From: an uncultured Ignavibacteriales bacterium
Lineage (GTDB): Bacteria > Zixibacteria > MSB-5A5 > GN15 > JAAZOE01
DNA: 64,000 nt
Direction: 5' to 3'
Assembly: GCA_964549765.1 (NCBI GenBank)
Contig: CAZJWR010000008.1
Location: forward strand, 16,097 to 80,096
Shown here: positions 18,473 to 28,584 of the stretch, piece after piece
Layout of the letters: the number at the start of each line of letters is the position of its first letter
How positions within the stretch are numbered: the first letter of the stretch is position 1
The notes under the pieces: generated by a model
The model's input: the letters and a program-made list of their open reading frames with translations, nothing else
Databases searched by the model: none
Told to the model about the DNA's origin: nothing
Translations under genes and position numbers: made by a program

Positions 18473-20278
18473 ATGATTGATGATAATAAGGCGCTCAACT
18501 GGGACTTGGAATCGATCTTCAAAGGCGGGTCGGCATCAACCGAATATGCCGAGTTCCGTCAGGCGATCAAAGATGATCTGGCCAAAGCCGAGGAGACGTA
18601 CAAGCGGCTTCCCAGAAATTTCGACAAGGATGCATCGAGCCATTGGGTGGCGTTCTTTCTCCTCATGCAGCATCTCGCGGAACGGCTGGACCATGCCTCC
18701 GGGTTCGCCAGCTGCCTGACGGCGCAGGATGTCGCCGATGAAAAAGCTTTGGTGATCTCCGAGGAAATTTCGGCGATGGCGGCCGCATGGGAGTCGATCA
18801 TGACCGATGTGGAAGAAGTCGCAATCGAGGCCGACGACAGCTACTGGAAAGCATTAATGAGTCATCAGAAACTGGCCGGGACGACTTTCTACTGGAATGA
18901 GCTTCGCCGCCTCGCCAAGCTGAAAATGGAACCGAAGCTGGAAAAACTGGCCAGCGAACTGGCGGTCAATGGCTATCACGCCTGGAATCGGCTCTACAAC
19001 AAGCTGGCGGGCGATCTCCGGGCCGAATTCATGGTCGACGGCAAGCGCGAAGCCCTTTCATTGGGGCAATTGGCGACCAAATTCAATCAACCCGATCGCG
19101 AAATCCGCCGGCAGGCGTTCGAAAAACTCGAAGAAACATGGAAAACGGTCGATTCCCCCGCTGCCATGGCGCTCAATGCGCAGGCCGGATATCGCCTGAG
19201 TCTGTACAAACGGCGCGAATGGGAATCGCCGCTGTTCGAACCGCTGTTGAACGGCCGCCTTAAGAAAGAGACTCTCGACGCCATGTGGGACGCCGTCGCC
19301 CGGGGCGGCAAGAAGATGTCGGAATATATCGCCGCCAAAAAGAAAATCCTGAAAATCGACGACTTTCGCTGGTACGATCAAACGGCCCCGATCGGGACAG
19401 TCGAACGGAAAATCAGTTACCGAGAAGCAGGTGATTTCGTTGTCAAACACCTGTCGGCTTTCTCCCCGGAATTGGGCAGTTTTGCGCGGATGGTTATCGA
19501 CCGCCGCTGGATCGAAGCCGAAGACCGCCCCGGCAAGGCCGCGGGAGGGTTTTGCACCGGCCTTCCCATGAAGAAGGAATCGCGGATATTCATGACCTTC
19601 TCGGGTAATTACGATGAAATCATGACCCTGGCCCATGAAATCGGCCATGCCTATCATAGCTGGGTGTTGAAAACGCAGGATTATCTTGCCCGGCAGTACC
19701 CGATGAACCTGGCCGAAAGCGCTTCGACTTTCAACGAGCATCTGGTCACCGACGCCGCCCTGGACGCCGCCGGCGACAAAGCGGAGAAGCTGACCCTGCT
19801 GGATCATAAACTGGGCGAAGGGCTTATCATGTTCTGCAATATCCGCGCCCGGTATATTTTTGACACCATGTTTTACGAAGAGCGCAAAAAAGGAACCGTC
19901 CCCAAAGACCGCCTCAACGAGTTAATGGCACAGGCGCAAAAGACGGCTTTCGGCGACATTCTGGCCGACGACGGCTATCATCCCTTGTTCTGGGCGTCGA
20001 AACTCCATTTCTTCGAGACGGAAGTGCCCTTTTATAATTTCCCGTATACGTTCGGGTATCTATTCGCGGGCGGAATTTATGACCGGGCCAAGAAGGAAGG
20101 CCAGGCGTTCGCCGACAAATATCGGGCGCTTCTGGCCGATACCGGCTCGATGACCACCGAGGATATCGCCGCCAAGCATTTGGGCGTCGACCTCACCACC
20201 GGGCAATTCTGGGACGACGCCGTCAACCGGGTGCTGATCGATATCGAGCCGTACCGGCAATTGGCGGGAGAATTATAG
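18473..20278 (+). CDS. pepF: M3B oligoendopeptidase F
   Basis: N-terminal WDLESIF, RPGKAAGGFC, HEIGH zinc motif, AESASTFNE, FYNFPYTFG. Confidence 0.92.
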   Translation: MIDDNKALNWDLESIFKGGSASTEYAEFRQAIKDDLAKAEETYKRLPRNFDKDASSHWVAFFLLMQHLAERLDHASGFASCLTAQDVADEKALVISEEISAMAAAWESIMTDVEEVAIEADDSYWKALMSHQKLAGTTFYWNELRRLAKLKMEPKLEKLASELAVNGYHAWNRLYNKLAGDLRAEFMVDGKREALSLGQLATKFNQPDREIRRQAFEKLEETWKTVDSPAAMALNAQAGYRLSLYKRREWESPLFEPLLNGRLKKETLDAMWDAVARGGKKMSEYIAAKKKILKIDDFRWYDQTAPIGTVERKISYREAGDFVVKHLSAFSPELGSFARMVIDRRWIEAEDRPGKAAGGFCTGLPMKKESRIFMTFSGNYDEIMTLAHEIGHAYHSWVLKTQDYLARQYPMNLAESASTFNEHLVTDAALDAAGDKAEKLTLLDHKLGEGLIMFCNIRARYIFDTMFYEERKKGTVPKDRLNELMAQAQKTAFGDILADDGYHPLFWASKLHFFETEVPFYNFPYTFGYLFAGGIYDRAKKEGQAFADKYRALLADTGSMTTEDIAAKHLGVDLTTGQFWDDAVNRVLIDIEPYRQLAGEL

Positions 20279-20328
20279 ATCGGGCTTGCCTGATCTATAA
20301 AAGCTTGCTTTTGCCTCCCACTTTCAAC

Positions 20329-20357
20329 TTGACCGAGGGTCGCGGCGGGGCTATATT
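20329..20357 (+). promoter_or_regulatory. Sigma70-type promoter
   Basis: TTGACC-N17-TATATT upstream of the CDP-alcohol phosphotransferase gene. Confidence 0.55.
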
Positions 20358-20385
20358 GGCAGGCTTAAGATTGATGGGATAAATA

Positions 20386-20982
20386 TTGCATCATAGCCGG
20401 CGAAAATTATACGAGGAAACCTCCACCCATTTGGGCGTGTATTGCCGCAAAGTTGGCCTGACCCCGAACGTGCTGACGGGTCTGTCGCTGATTTGCGCCA
20501 TCGTCTCGGGGTACTTTTTCTGGCAGAAGTCACTGATTGTGGGAATCGTCTTCATGCTCCTCACCTCGCTGACCGATATGCTCGACGGCGCCACCGCCCG
20601 GGCCGGCCGCATGGGAACCACCTTCGGCGGCATCCTCGATCATGTCTCGGACCGCTACGGCGAATTTTTCATTCTCGCCGGTATCGCCATCTCCGGAATG
20701 GTCCATCCCGGATGGGCCATCTTCGCCCTGTTCGGGATGCTGATCGCGTCATATACGCGGGCCGCCGCCGAATCGATCGGACGTCTCACCACCTGCGCCG
20801 TGGGATGGATGGGGCGGCTCGAAAAATTCGCCCTGATAATGATCGGCGCGTTGCTGCAGCGGTTCTATCCCGAATACAATCCTTTGGTGTACGCCCTGAT
20901 CATCGTGGGCGTCGCCTCCGTTATTACGTCCCTGCAGCGTCTGCAGTTCGCCCGGCGGGCGCTGGCCGACAAAGAAGAATAG
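20386..20982 (+). CDS. CDP-alcohol phosphatidyltransferase (phosphatidylinositol-phosphate synthase-like)
   Basis: TPNxLT; DMLDGATAR...GGILDHVSDR signature; SYTRAAAE and TSLQR resemble archaeal and actinobacterial PIP synthases. Confidence 0.85.
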   Translation: MHHSRRKLYEETSTHLGVYCRKVGLTPNVLTGLSLICAIVSGYFFWQKSLIVGIVFMLLTSLTDMLDGATARAGRMGTTFGGILDHVSDRYGEFFILAGIAISGMVHPGWAIFALFGMLIASYTRAAAESIGRLTTCAVGWMGRLEKFALIMIGALLQRFYPEYNPLVYALIIVGVASVITSLQRLQFARRALADKEE

Positions 20983-20983
20983 C

Positions 20984-21913
20984 ATGATACTGACTCTGGG
21001 AAATCCCGTTTACGATTATATCGAAACGAAGAAGATAAAAACCGACGGCCGGGTGCTGTCGGGGTGTTCCACCAACGCCGCGCTGGCGCTGGCCAAACTC
21101 GGCCGCGATGTAACGCTTCGCGGCGCCATCGGTGAGGATTTCGCGCACAGTTTCGAGGCCGACCTCGCCAAATACGGAATCGAGGCGAGTATCGCGCCGT
21201 CGAGGGAAACCGGCGGATTCTCGCTGATCTATTACGACGATTACGGCAACCGCCATCTCGATTTGCTCGGGAGGGCGGATAATATCGACAACGTCGATGA
21301 CGCGCTTCTGGATACCGCCGAGGCGGTCTTGATCGGCCCGATTTTAGAAGAGATTTCGTTTGATCTGATCCGGAGCATCCGGAACCGTTTCGACGGCCTG
21401 TTTTTTTGCGATCCCCAGGGACTCCTGCGGGGCGCGGGCGACAACGGCCGAATTTATCATGAAAAGCCGGACGGAATCGAAAAGGTGCTTGGTCTGTTCG
21501 ATATCGTCAAGCCCAACGAATTGGAAGGCAAGGTCTTGACCGGTGTCGACTGCCGCCGCGATCCGTTCGAGGCCGCCCGAATCATAAAAGGCTGGGGGCC
21601 CAAGATCGTCATCGTCACTCTGGCGGAATTGGGATCGATTATATATGACGGAATGGAATTCATCGAGATTCCGCCGTATCCGGTCGATCTGGTCGATTCC
21701 ACCGGGGCGGGCGATACGTATATGGCGGGATTCGTATATGCGTATCTTGCGGGCGAATCACTACGGAGCTGCGGGACGTTCGCCTCGTGCGTCAGTTCGA
21801 TTATGATCGAACAGGTCGGCCCGCATTTTACGCTCGATGAAAAGACCGTCCGGGAGCGGCAAAAATCGCTGCTCGATAAAATAGATTTCAAGGTTCAACT
21901 GGTAAACACGTAA
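20984..21913 (+). CDS. PfkB/ribokinase-family kinase (myo-inositol kinase-like)
   Basis: DSTGAGD anion hole, KPNELE and DPQGLLR. It starts 1 nt after the stop of the previous gene. Confidence 0.85.
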   Translation: MILTLGNPVYDYIETKKIKTDGRVLSGCSTNAALALAKLGRDVTLRGAIGEDFAHSFEADLAKYGIEASIAPSRETGGFSLIYYDDYGNRHLDLLGRADNIDNVDDALLDTAEAVLIGPILEEISFDLIRSIRNRFDGLFFCDPQGLLRGAGDNGRIYHEKPDGIEKVLGLFDIVKPNELEGKVLTGVDCRRDPFEAARIIKGWGPKIVIVTLAELGSIIYDGMEFIEIPPYPVDLVDSTGAGDTYMAGFVYAYLAGESLRSCGTFASCVSSIMIEQVGPHFTLDEKTVRERQKSLLDKIDFKVQLVNT

Positions 21914-21987
21914 TTAACGGGATATCCGCGGCCCCGCTCGCGCGGGCCGGAGGAATGATAAGCCCCCATCATAAGGAGAATCATACC

Positions 21988-22566
21988 ATGCGCACAATGG
22001 TACAAATCGACGGCGCTTACCTGGAGCGGATGCTATCCGAAGAGCACAGCTCGCCGGCGGTCGACTACTCCAAGCTGGCCAACAAGCTGGTCAACACCGT
22101 CATCACCAATTCGGAATCGGACCTGTATCTGCTGAGGACTTACTATTATCACGCTCTTCCCTGGATCGGGAAAAATCCCAACGATCAGGAAGAAGAGATG
22201 TATAAGAAAAAACAGGGTTTTTTCACCCGGCTGGAGCACCTGCCCCGCTTCGACGTCTACTTGGGCCGCACCCAACGGATTCTCAACGATGATGGGTCGT
22301 TCACGTTCCAGCAGAAGGGCGTCGACGTGTTGTTGTCGGCGCACATGATCGAAATGTCGGTACGCGGTATTATTTCGCACTTGATTCTTCTCGCCCCCGA
22401 CGGCGACTATGTTCCCGCTGTGCGCATCGTCAAGTCGCTCGGCGTCGTGGTGCATCTGGCCCACGGCCAGCGCCCCCAGGCGTCGGCGGAACTGATCAAG
22501 GTCGTCGACGAACGTATCGAACTCAACGCCGATTTCCTGATCGACTGCATGCGGAGCGTGTATTAG
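21988..22566 (+). CDS. NYN (LabA/DUF88) domain protein
   Basis: IDGAY, YYY, QKGVDV and DGDYVP acidic motifs; AAGGAG RBS. Confidence 0.88.
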   Translation: MRTMVQIDGAYLERMLSEEHSSPAVDYSKLANKLVNTVITNSESDLYLLRTYYYHALPWIGKNPNDQEEEMYKKKQGFFTRLEHLPRFDVYLGRTQRILNDDGSFTFQQKGVDVLLSAHMIEMSVRGIISHLILLAPDGDYVPAVRIVKSLGVVVHLAHGQRPQASAELIKVVDERIELNADFLIDCMRSVY

Positions 22567-22685
22567 GCAGTGACGATACGGCAGATCGATTATCACAAAG
22601 ACATCGGATCCCTTCCTTATAGAGAAAGAGATCGCGGCGGGTCGTGCAAACGCCCCGAAATTTTATTTCTGAAGGAGACTTTCTC

Positions 22686-23264
22686 ATGAAAACGGCACTT
22701 ACGGCATTGCTCGTGATTGCAGTTGCGACATCGTTTTTCTTCGGTTGTTCCAAGGCGCCCCGGCAGGCCGCCGAAGGCGACACGGTCAAGGTCAACTACA
22801 CCGGAAAGTTGGACGATGGCACTATTTTCGACAGCTCCGAAGGGCGCGAGCCGCTCCAGTTCACGCTCGGCGGCGGGCAAATGATCGCCGGTTTTGACGA
22901 GGGCGTGCGCGGTATGACCGTCGGCGAGACCAAGACGATCACCCTGACGCCGGATCAGGCTTACGGCGAACACACCGACGACCGGATTATCCGCGTCGGC
23001 AAGACGGCCTTCCCGCCCGATTTGGAACTGACCGAGGGCATGCAGCTTCAAAGCCCGACCGGAATGCCGGTGACGGTGCTCAAAGTCGACGCCGATAGTG
23101 TGACTATCGACGCCAACCACCCGTTGGCCGGCAAGACGCTGACGTTTGACGTCACGCTCGTGGAGATTATCCCTCCGGGTGAGAAGCCGGCCGAAACCGG
23201 CCACGATCAGCAGCAGCAACAGCCGCCGGATCAGGGCCAGGATACAACTCAGGATCAGGGCTAA
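22686..23264 (+). CDS. FKBP-type peptidyl-prolyl isomerase (SlyD/SlpA-like), lipoprotein
   Basis: Lipobox FGC; VNYTGKLDDGTIFDSS; DANHPLAGKTLTF; Q-rich tail. Confidence 0.92.
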   Translation: MKTALTALLVIAVATSFFFGCSKAPRQAAEGDTVKVNYTGKLDDGTIFDSSEGREPLQFTLGGGQMIAGFDEGVRGMTVGETKTITLTPDQAYGEHTDDRIIRVGKTAFPPDLELTEGMQLQSPTGMPVTVLKVDADSVTIDANHPLAGKTLTFDVTLVEIIPPGEKPAETGHDQQQQQPPDQGQDTTQDQG

Positions 23265-23341
23265 CAGCAACCGGAACAGGGCGGCGATCAGGGCTAAGCC
23301 CTGCACACGCCGTTCTTGCTGAACACGACCGAATAAATTTT

Positions 23342-23372
23342 CTTCTGCGGGTCGGAATCCGACCCGCAGAAG
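23342..23372. repeat. Perfect 15-bp-arm palindrome (REP-like or terminator-like)
   Basis: CTTCTGCGGGTCGGA-A-TCCGACCCGCAGAAG. Confidence 0.65.
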
Positions 23373-23575
23373 CTGTGGAATATCCCGCCGGTCCTCATGT
23401 ACGAAAAAGGGGCTGTATCGGTTATCGGTTTGAGTTGTATCCGATATTCCTGCCAGGTTATCGCTATCCGTTTGATCTTATCCCCGCTGGACTTGACCTC
23501 AAAGCGAATTCTGCATATACTCCCGTCAATTGATTTTGGGTCAATATCGTACATAATACCGACGGAGGACAAGTC

Positions 23576-25201
23576 ATGGGTAACTATAGAATTCCGATGC
23601 CGAAAAATGAGCCGGTGCTCAGCTACGCGCCGGGATCAGCCGAACGCGACGCAATCAAGAAGGCGCTGGCTGACCTGTCGTCGCGCAATTTGGAAGCGCC
23701 GATGATTATTGGCGGCCAGGAGGTCAAAACCGACGATACCGTCAAAATGACCGCGCCGCACGACCATAAACTCGAATTGGGGCACTATTATCGCGGCGGC
23801 AAGAAAGAAATCGAAATGGCCGTCACGGCGGCGATGGAAGCCCGGCACGACTGGATCAATCTGCCGTGGGAACAGCGCGCCGTCATCTTTCTGAAAGCCG
23901 CCGACCTGCTGGCCGGGCCGTACCGGGCGCTGATCAATGCCTCTACCATGCTGGCTCACAGCAAGAATATTTTCCAGGCCGAAATCGACGCCGTATGCGA
24001 ACTGGCCGACTTTTTCCGCTTCAACGCCTGGTACATGCAGGAAATCTATGACATGCAGCCGAGCTCGGCCCCGACGATATGGAACTACATGGATTACCGG
24101 CCGCTCGAGGGGTTCGTCTTCGCCGTCACACCGTTCAATTTCGTTTCCATCGCCGGCAACTTACCGACGGCGCCGGCCATGATGGGCAATGTCGTACTGT
24201 GGAAACCGGCTTCGAGCGTGGTCTATACGGCGCATTTCCTCATGAAGATACTGAAGGAAGCCGGGCTGCCCGACGGCGTTATCAATTTGATCACGGCGCG
24301 CGGGTCCGACGTCGGCGATCTGATTATGAAAAACCCGCATTTGGCCGGGATTCATTTTACCGGCTCGACGGCGGTGTTCCAGGGCATGTGGAAAACCGTC
24401 GGCGAAAATATCGCCAATTACAAAAGCTATCCCCGCATCGTCGGTGAAACCGGCGGCAAGGATTTCGTTTTTGTGCACAATTCGGCGTCGCCGATCGAGG
24501 TCGCCACGGCTCTGATCCGGGGCGCCTTCGAGTATCAGGGACAAAAATGTTCGGCAGCGTCGCGGGCATATATCCCGGCGTCGTTGTGGGATGACGTCAA
24601 GGCGCTTTTGATCAAGCAGATCGGCGATCTGAAAATGGGCGGCCCCGAGGATTTCCGTAATTTCATCAATGCCGTCATCGACCGCAGCGCCTACACCGAC
24701 ATCACCGGCTATATCGATTACGCCAAAAAATCCAAGGACTGCGCGATCATCATCGGCGGTAAATACGATGATTCCAAGGGCTTTTTCATCGAACCGACCG
24801 TGGTCGTCACCACCGATCCCCATTTCAAATTGATGGAAGAGGAAATTTTCGGCCCGGTGCTGACGATATTCGTTTACCAGGACGATGATTACGAAAAAAC
24901 CCTGCACCTGTGCGACCAGACCTCGCCCTATGCGCTGACCGGCGCGGTCTTTGCGCGCGACCGTCAGGCCGTGGCCGTGGCCGCTAAAATTCTGCGCAAC
25001 GCCGCCGGAAATTTTTATATCAACGACAAACCGACCGGTGCGGTGGTCGGGCAGCAGCCGTTTGGGGGAGCGCGGGCGTCGGGGACCAACGACAAGGCCG
25101 GATCGCTATTGAACATGATCCGCTGGACGTCGCCGCGCACGATCAAGGAGGCCCTGGTTCCTCCGACCGATTACCGCTACCCCTTCATGCGCGAGAAATG
25201 A
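23576..25201 (+). CDS. pruA: L-glutamate gamma-semialdehyde (P5C) dehydrogenase
   Basis: NEPVLSYAPGS, FTGST, GETGGKDF, FEYQGQKCSA, EEIFGP, GQQPFGGARASGTNDK. Confidence 0.96.
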   Translation: MGNYRIPMPKNEPVLSYAPGSAERDAIKKALADLSSRNLEAPMIIGGQEVKTDDTVKMTAPHDHKLELGHYYRGGKKEIEMAVTAAMEARHDWINLPWEQRAVIFLKAADLLAGPYRALINASTMLAHSKNIFQAEIDAVCELADFFRFNAWYMQEIYDMQPSSAPTIWNYMDYRPLEGFVFAVTPFNFVSIAGNLPTAPAMMGNVVLWKPASSVVYTAHFLMKILKEAGLPDGVINLITARGSDVGDLIMKNPHLAGIHFTGSTAVFQGMWKTVGENIANYKSYPRIVGETGGKDFVFVHNSASPIEVATALIRGAFEYQGQKCSAASRAYIPASLWDDVKALLIKQIGDLKMGGPEDFRNFINAVIDRSAYTDITGYIDYAKKSKDCAIIIGGKYDDSKGFFIEPTVVVTTDPHFKLMEEEIFGPVLTIFVYQDDDYEKTLHLCDQTSPYALTGAVFARDRQAVAVAAKILRNAAGNFYINDKPTGAVVGQQPFGGARASGTNDKAGSLLNMIRWTSPRTIKEALVPPTDYRYPFMREK

Positions 25202-25248
25202 TGGTATTCCCGGCCGATGTGGATATCGGCCGGGCACGAAACGAAGCA

Positions 25249-25278
25249 GGGCGGGATCCGTGCGATCCCGCCTTTTTT
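25249..25278 (+). terminator. Intrinsic terminator after pruA
   Basis: GGCGGGATC-CGTGC-GATCCCGCC-TTTTTT. Confidence 0.8.
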
Positions 25279-25669
25279 GTGTCCGTTCAGTGGCCTGTCG
25301 GCTGCAACGGGCCCTCGTTTGCAGGCTATTACTTTGAATGGAGCGTCGGGGCACCCGCCGGGGCATCTCTGTATAGTGTCACTCCCGCAAAGCACGAAAA
25401 TGTCTTGACAAAGCATCGGCGTGTACCCTTCTTCAACCAAAGGGAGTTCAAATCGCTTGGAATACAACGGTAATTGAACCCGGAATGTATTCGCGCGGGT
25501 TGGCTGTTGTGGCATCATGAATCGGCATCCCATCTGACATCGCCATTTTATCGGCAGCCGCATTTCTGTGAAATCAAGATTGGGACGGGCAAAACCGTGA
25601 TGTGCGGGGATGACGTCCTTCTCTTTCGAAAAGTAAATTCGAGACGAAACCCATAAACGGAGGTTGGAC

Positions 25670-26137
25670 ATGCCTGAACAACAAAAGCCGGCGACGGCTC
25701 CGTCAATTGTCAAGGAGTGGTTCGGGGCCGCACGGGAGGGTGTCATTGTACTTGCGGTGGTGATCCTCTTTGTGAAACCCTCCTGGATCGGAACCATCGC
25801 CGTCGAGGCTGGTCTCAAAAAAGCTTTTGGAATGGAATTCGTCGAACAGCAGGTCGAGCAAAGCAAGGCGGAAACCAGCAAGGCGCAGGAAGCCATCGGC
25901 GCAATCACGGAGGAGCTGGGGCAGGTGAAAGACCAACTCCAGCAATTAAGCGTGACGGCCGGAAAGTCCAATCCCGCGATTTCGCATGAAATCACGAGGA
26001 TAACATCGAATGTCGATAACCTCACGATGAAAAGCAGGGATATCAGTGGATCCTTGCAGACCAGCATGCAGGCCCACGAAGATATCCTAAAGGTGGCCCG
26101 CGGCCAGCTGCCGCTGGAGAGGAAGAGATCCCCCTGA
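25670..26137 (+). CDS. Hypothetical membrane-anchored coiled-coil protein
   Basis: GGAGG RBS; hydrophobic GVIVLAVVILFV followed by a long heptad-rich E/Q/K segment. Confidence 0.6.
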   Translation: MPEQQKPATAPSIVKEWFGAAREGVIVLAVVILFVKPSWIGTIAVEAGLKKAFGMEFVEQQVEQSKAETSKAQEAIGAITEELGQVKDQLQQLSVTAGKSNPAISHEITRITSNVDNLTMKSRDISGSLQTSMQAHEDILKVARGQLPLERKRSP

Positions 26138-26201
26138 AATCGAGTAATCCGTCAATGATCTGCTGCTGCTGAGACGGCACGCCGCAGCGCCTCTATTCCT
26201 G

Positions 26202-28364
26202 CTACGCCCCCGGGACGTGGAGGAATTTGGCGTTGATGGCCACGATCACCGTCGACAACGACATCAGCACCGCCCCGATGGCCGGGCTGAGTAGTATCCC
26301 CCGGCTCGCCAGCACACCTGCCGCCAACGGGATGGCGACGGCATTATAGCCGGTCGCCCAGATCAAATTTTGAACCATCTTCTTATAGGTCGCCCCGGCG
26401 TATTGGATCAGCCGCACCACGTCGACCGGGTTGCTGCGGACCAATATGATGTCAGCCGTCTCGGCGGCGACGTCCGTGCCGGCGCCGATGGCGATCCCGA
26501 CGTCGGCCTGGGCCAAAGCCGGCGCATCGTTGATGCCGTCGCCGACCATCGCCACGACCAACCCGCGTGATTGGACTTCCTTGATCTTGTCGACCTTCTT
26601 GTCCGGGAGGACCTCGGCGAAATATTCATCGATGCCCAGTTCATCGGCCACCGCCTTGCTGACCGCTTCGGTGTCGCCGGTAAGCATCATGGTGGTGATG
26701 CCCATCGCTTTCAATTTAGCGATGGCCGTTTTGGATTCATCGCGCACGACGTCGGAAAGCGCCAGCGCCCCCCGGACGGTGTTGTCGATGACCACAAAGA
26801 CAACCGTCTTGCCGCCTTCGCGCAGTTTTTCGATCTTGCCTGCATCGAAGGACAGATCGTTTTCCTTCAGGTATCCGTGGCTGACAACCTTGACGCTTTT
26901 ACCGTCGATGGTTCCCTCGACGCCCTTGCCGGTGATGGCTTTGAAATCCGATACATGCTTTTTATTGTCCGATGATTTCGCTATCGCCTGAGCGATGGGA
27001 TGCTCCGATTTTTCCTCCAGCGACGCGGCGTATGCACGGATGGTGTCAACATCCATATCGCCAGACAACGCGACCGTACCGGTGACCTCGAAGATGCCCT
27101 TGGTGAGCGTTCCGGTTTTATCGAATACTACCGCCTGAATATTGCGGGCCCGTTCGAACTGCGCGCGATTACGAATCAAAAGTCCGTTGCGAGCCGACAG
27201 CGCGGTCGATACCGCGATAACCAGCGGGATGGCCAAGCCCAGCGCATGGGGGCAGGTGATCACCATGACAGTGACGGTGCGTTCCAGCGCAAAGACGAAT
27301 TCCTTGCCGACGGCGAATTTCCAGACCAGAAACGTGATAACACCGGCGGCGATGGCGATACCGGTCAGCCACCGCGCGGCGCGGTCGGCCAGGTTTTGCG
27401 TTTTGGTTTTTCCGGCCTGCGCCTGTTGTACCATATCGACCATCTGGGACAGGTATGAATCCTTGCCGGTCTTCCTTACGGCGACCGTCAGGGAACCCTC
27501 GCCGTTGATCGCGCCCGCGATAACTTCGCCGTCTTTTTCCTTGGTGACCGGCCGCGATTCGCCGGTGATCATGGCCTCGTTGACCGACGAGGAACCGTCG
27601 ACGACGACGCCGTCGGCCGGGATTTTTTCGCCCGGCTTGATGACGACTTTATCATCGGGTTGAAGATCGGATACGGCGACGTCTTTGGTGGAGCCGTCAT
27701 CCATAAGTTTATGCGCCTCCGACGGCATCAGCTTGATCAATTCCTCCAGCGCCCGCGACGCGCCCATGACCGAACGCATCTCGATCCAGTGCCCCAGCAG
27801 CATGACGTCGATCAGCGTCGCCAACTCCCAGAAAAAAGTCCGGCCGGGGACGCCGAATACGACCACCGAACTGTACACGAACGCCACCGCGATGGCCAGT
27901 CCGATCAGCGTCATCATGCCGGGGTTTTTGGCGCTCAGTTCATCGCTCATGCCTTTCAAAAACGGCCAGCCGCCGTAAAAAAAGATAGCCGCCGAGAAGG
28001 CGAACAGGACGTATCCGTCGCCGGTAAACGACAGCGCCTGGGATAATCCCAGAAAACTGCGTACCATCGGCGCCAGAAGCAGCACTGGCACGGTCAATAT
28101 CAGCGAAACCCAGAACCGTTTTCGGAAATCGGCCGCCATATGGGCGTGATGCTGACTGTGATCGTGCCCGCCGTGGCCCATATGTCCGCCGTGCTGCTCA
28201 TGTCCTTCGTGCATCATGTGAGATTCATGCGCGGAGTGATCCTTGTGCTCCTGATGTCCGGCATGTGCTTCATGTCCGCCACGCGCGTCCTGCATGTCGT
28301 CGGGGTGCTTATCGCGACGATGATCTTCGTTGTGGGTGAATTGATCGGAATTTTTCGTGTCCAT
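26202..28364 (-). CDS. copB: Copper-translocating P1B-3 ATPase
   Basis: His/Met-rich N-terminus, TGES, CPH motif, DKTGT, GDGINDAP, YN and MSLST. Confidence 0.95.
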   Translation of the reverse strand: MDTKNSDQFTHNEDHRRDKHPDDMQDARGGHEAHAGHQEHKDHSAHESHMMHEGHEQHGGHMGHGGHDHSQHHAHMAADFRKRFWVSLILTVPVLLLAPMVRSFLGLSQALSFTGDGYVLFAFSAAIFFYGGWPFLKGMSDELSAKNPGMMTLIGLAIAVAFVYSSVVVFGVPGRTFFWELATLIDVMLLGHWIEMRSVMGASRALEELIKLMPSEAHKLMDDGSTKDVAVSDLQPDDKVVIKPGEKIPADGVVVDGSSSVNEAMITGESRPVTKEKDGEVIAGAINGEGSLTVAVRKTGKDSYLSQMVDMVQQAQAGKTKTQNLADRAARWLTGIAIAAGVITFLVWKFAVGKEFVFALERTVTVMVITCPHALGLAIPLVIAVSTALSARNGLLIRNRAQFERARNIQAVVFDKTGTLTKGIFEVTGTVALSGDMDVDTIRAYAASLEEKSEHPIAQAIAKSSDNKKHVSDFKAITGKGVEGTIDGKSVKVVSHGYLKENDLSFDAGKIEKLREGGKTVVFVVIDNTVRGALALSDVVRDESKTAIAKLKAMGITTMMLTGDTEAVSKAVADELGIDEYFAEVLPDKKVDKIKEVQSRGLVVAMVGDGINDAPALAQADVGIAIGAGTDVAAETADIILVRSNPVDVVRLIQYAGATYKKMVQNLIWATGYNAVAIPLAAGVLASRGILLSPAIGAVLMSLSTVIVAINAKFLHVPGA

Positions 28365-28517
28365 GAGCGCCATCCTTTCACTATCGTCGTAAATTCAGCA
28401 CAACCGTCGCAATAAAAATACGAACCATGTCCATTGTTAATGTAAAACAGTTGCCGGAAGGGCATGTTCCCCTGCATCTGAGGCAACGGCCAAGGCCGCC
28501 CTTAAGTCACAAATGGG

Positions 28518-28546
28518 TTGACACTTGGTGTCCCGTCTTTTATTAT
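28518..28546 (+). promoter_or_regulatory. Sigma70-type promoter
   Basis: TTGACA-N17-TATTAT. Confidence 0.6.
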
Positions 28547-28584
28547 ATATGATATACGCATGTCTTTATTGCTGGGAGGTATCC

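Noticed and set aside
23294-23572. 92-aa minus-strand ORF between the PPIase gene and pruA
   Set aside because: It spans a palindrome and the likely pruA promoter and has no recognisable motif or RBS.
25177-26067. Long antisense or overlapping ORFs (e.g. 25177-26067, 50886-52142, 58412-59656, 59756-60772, 40049-41032)
   Set aside because: They are shadows of well-supported genes on the opposite strand in GC-rich DNA and show no motifs.
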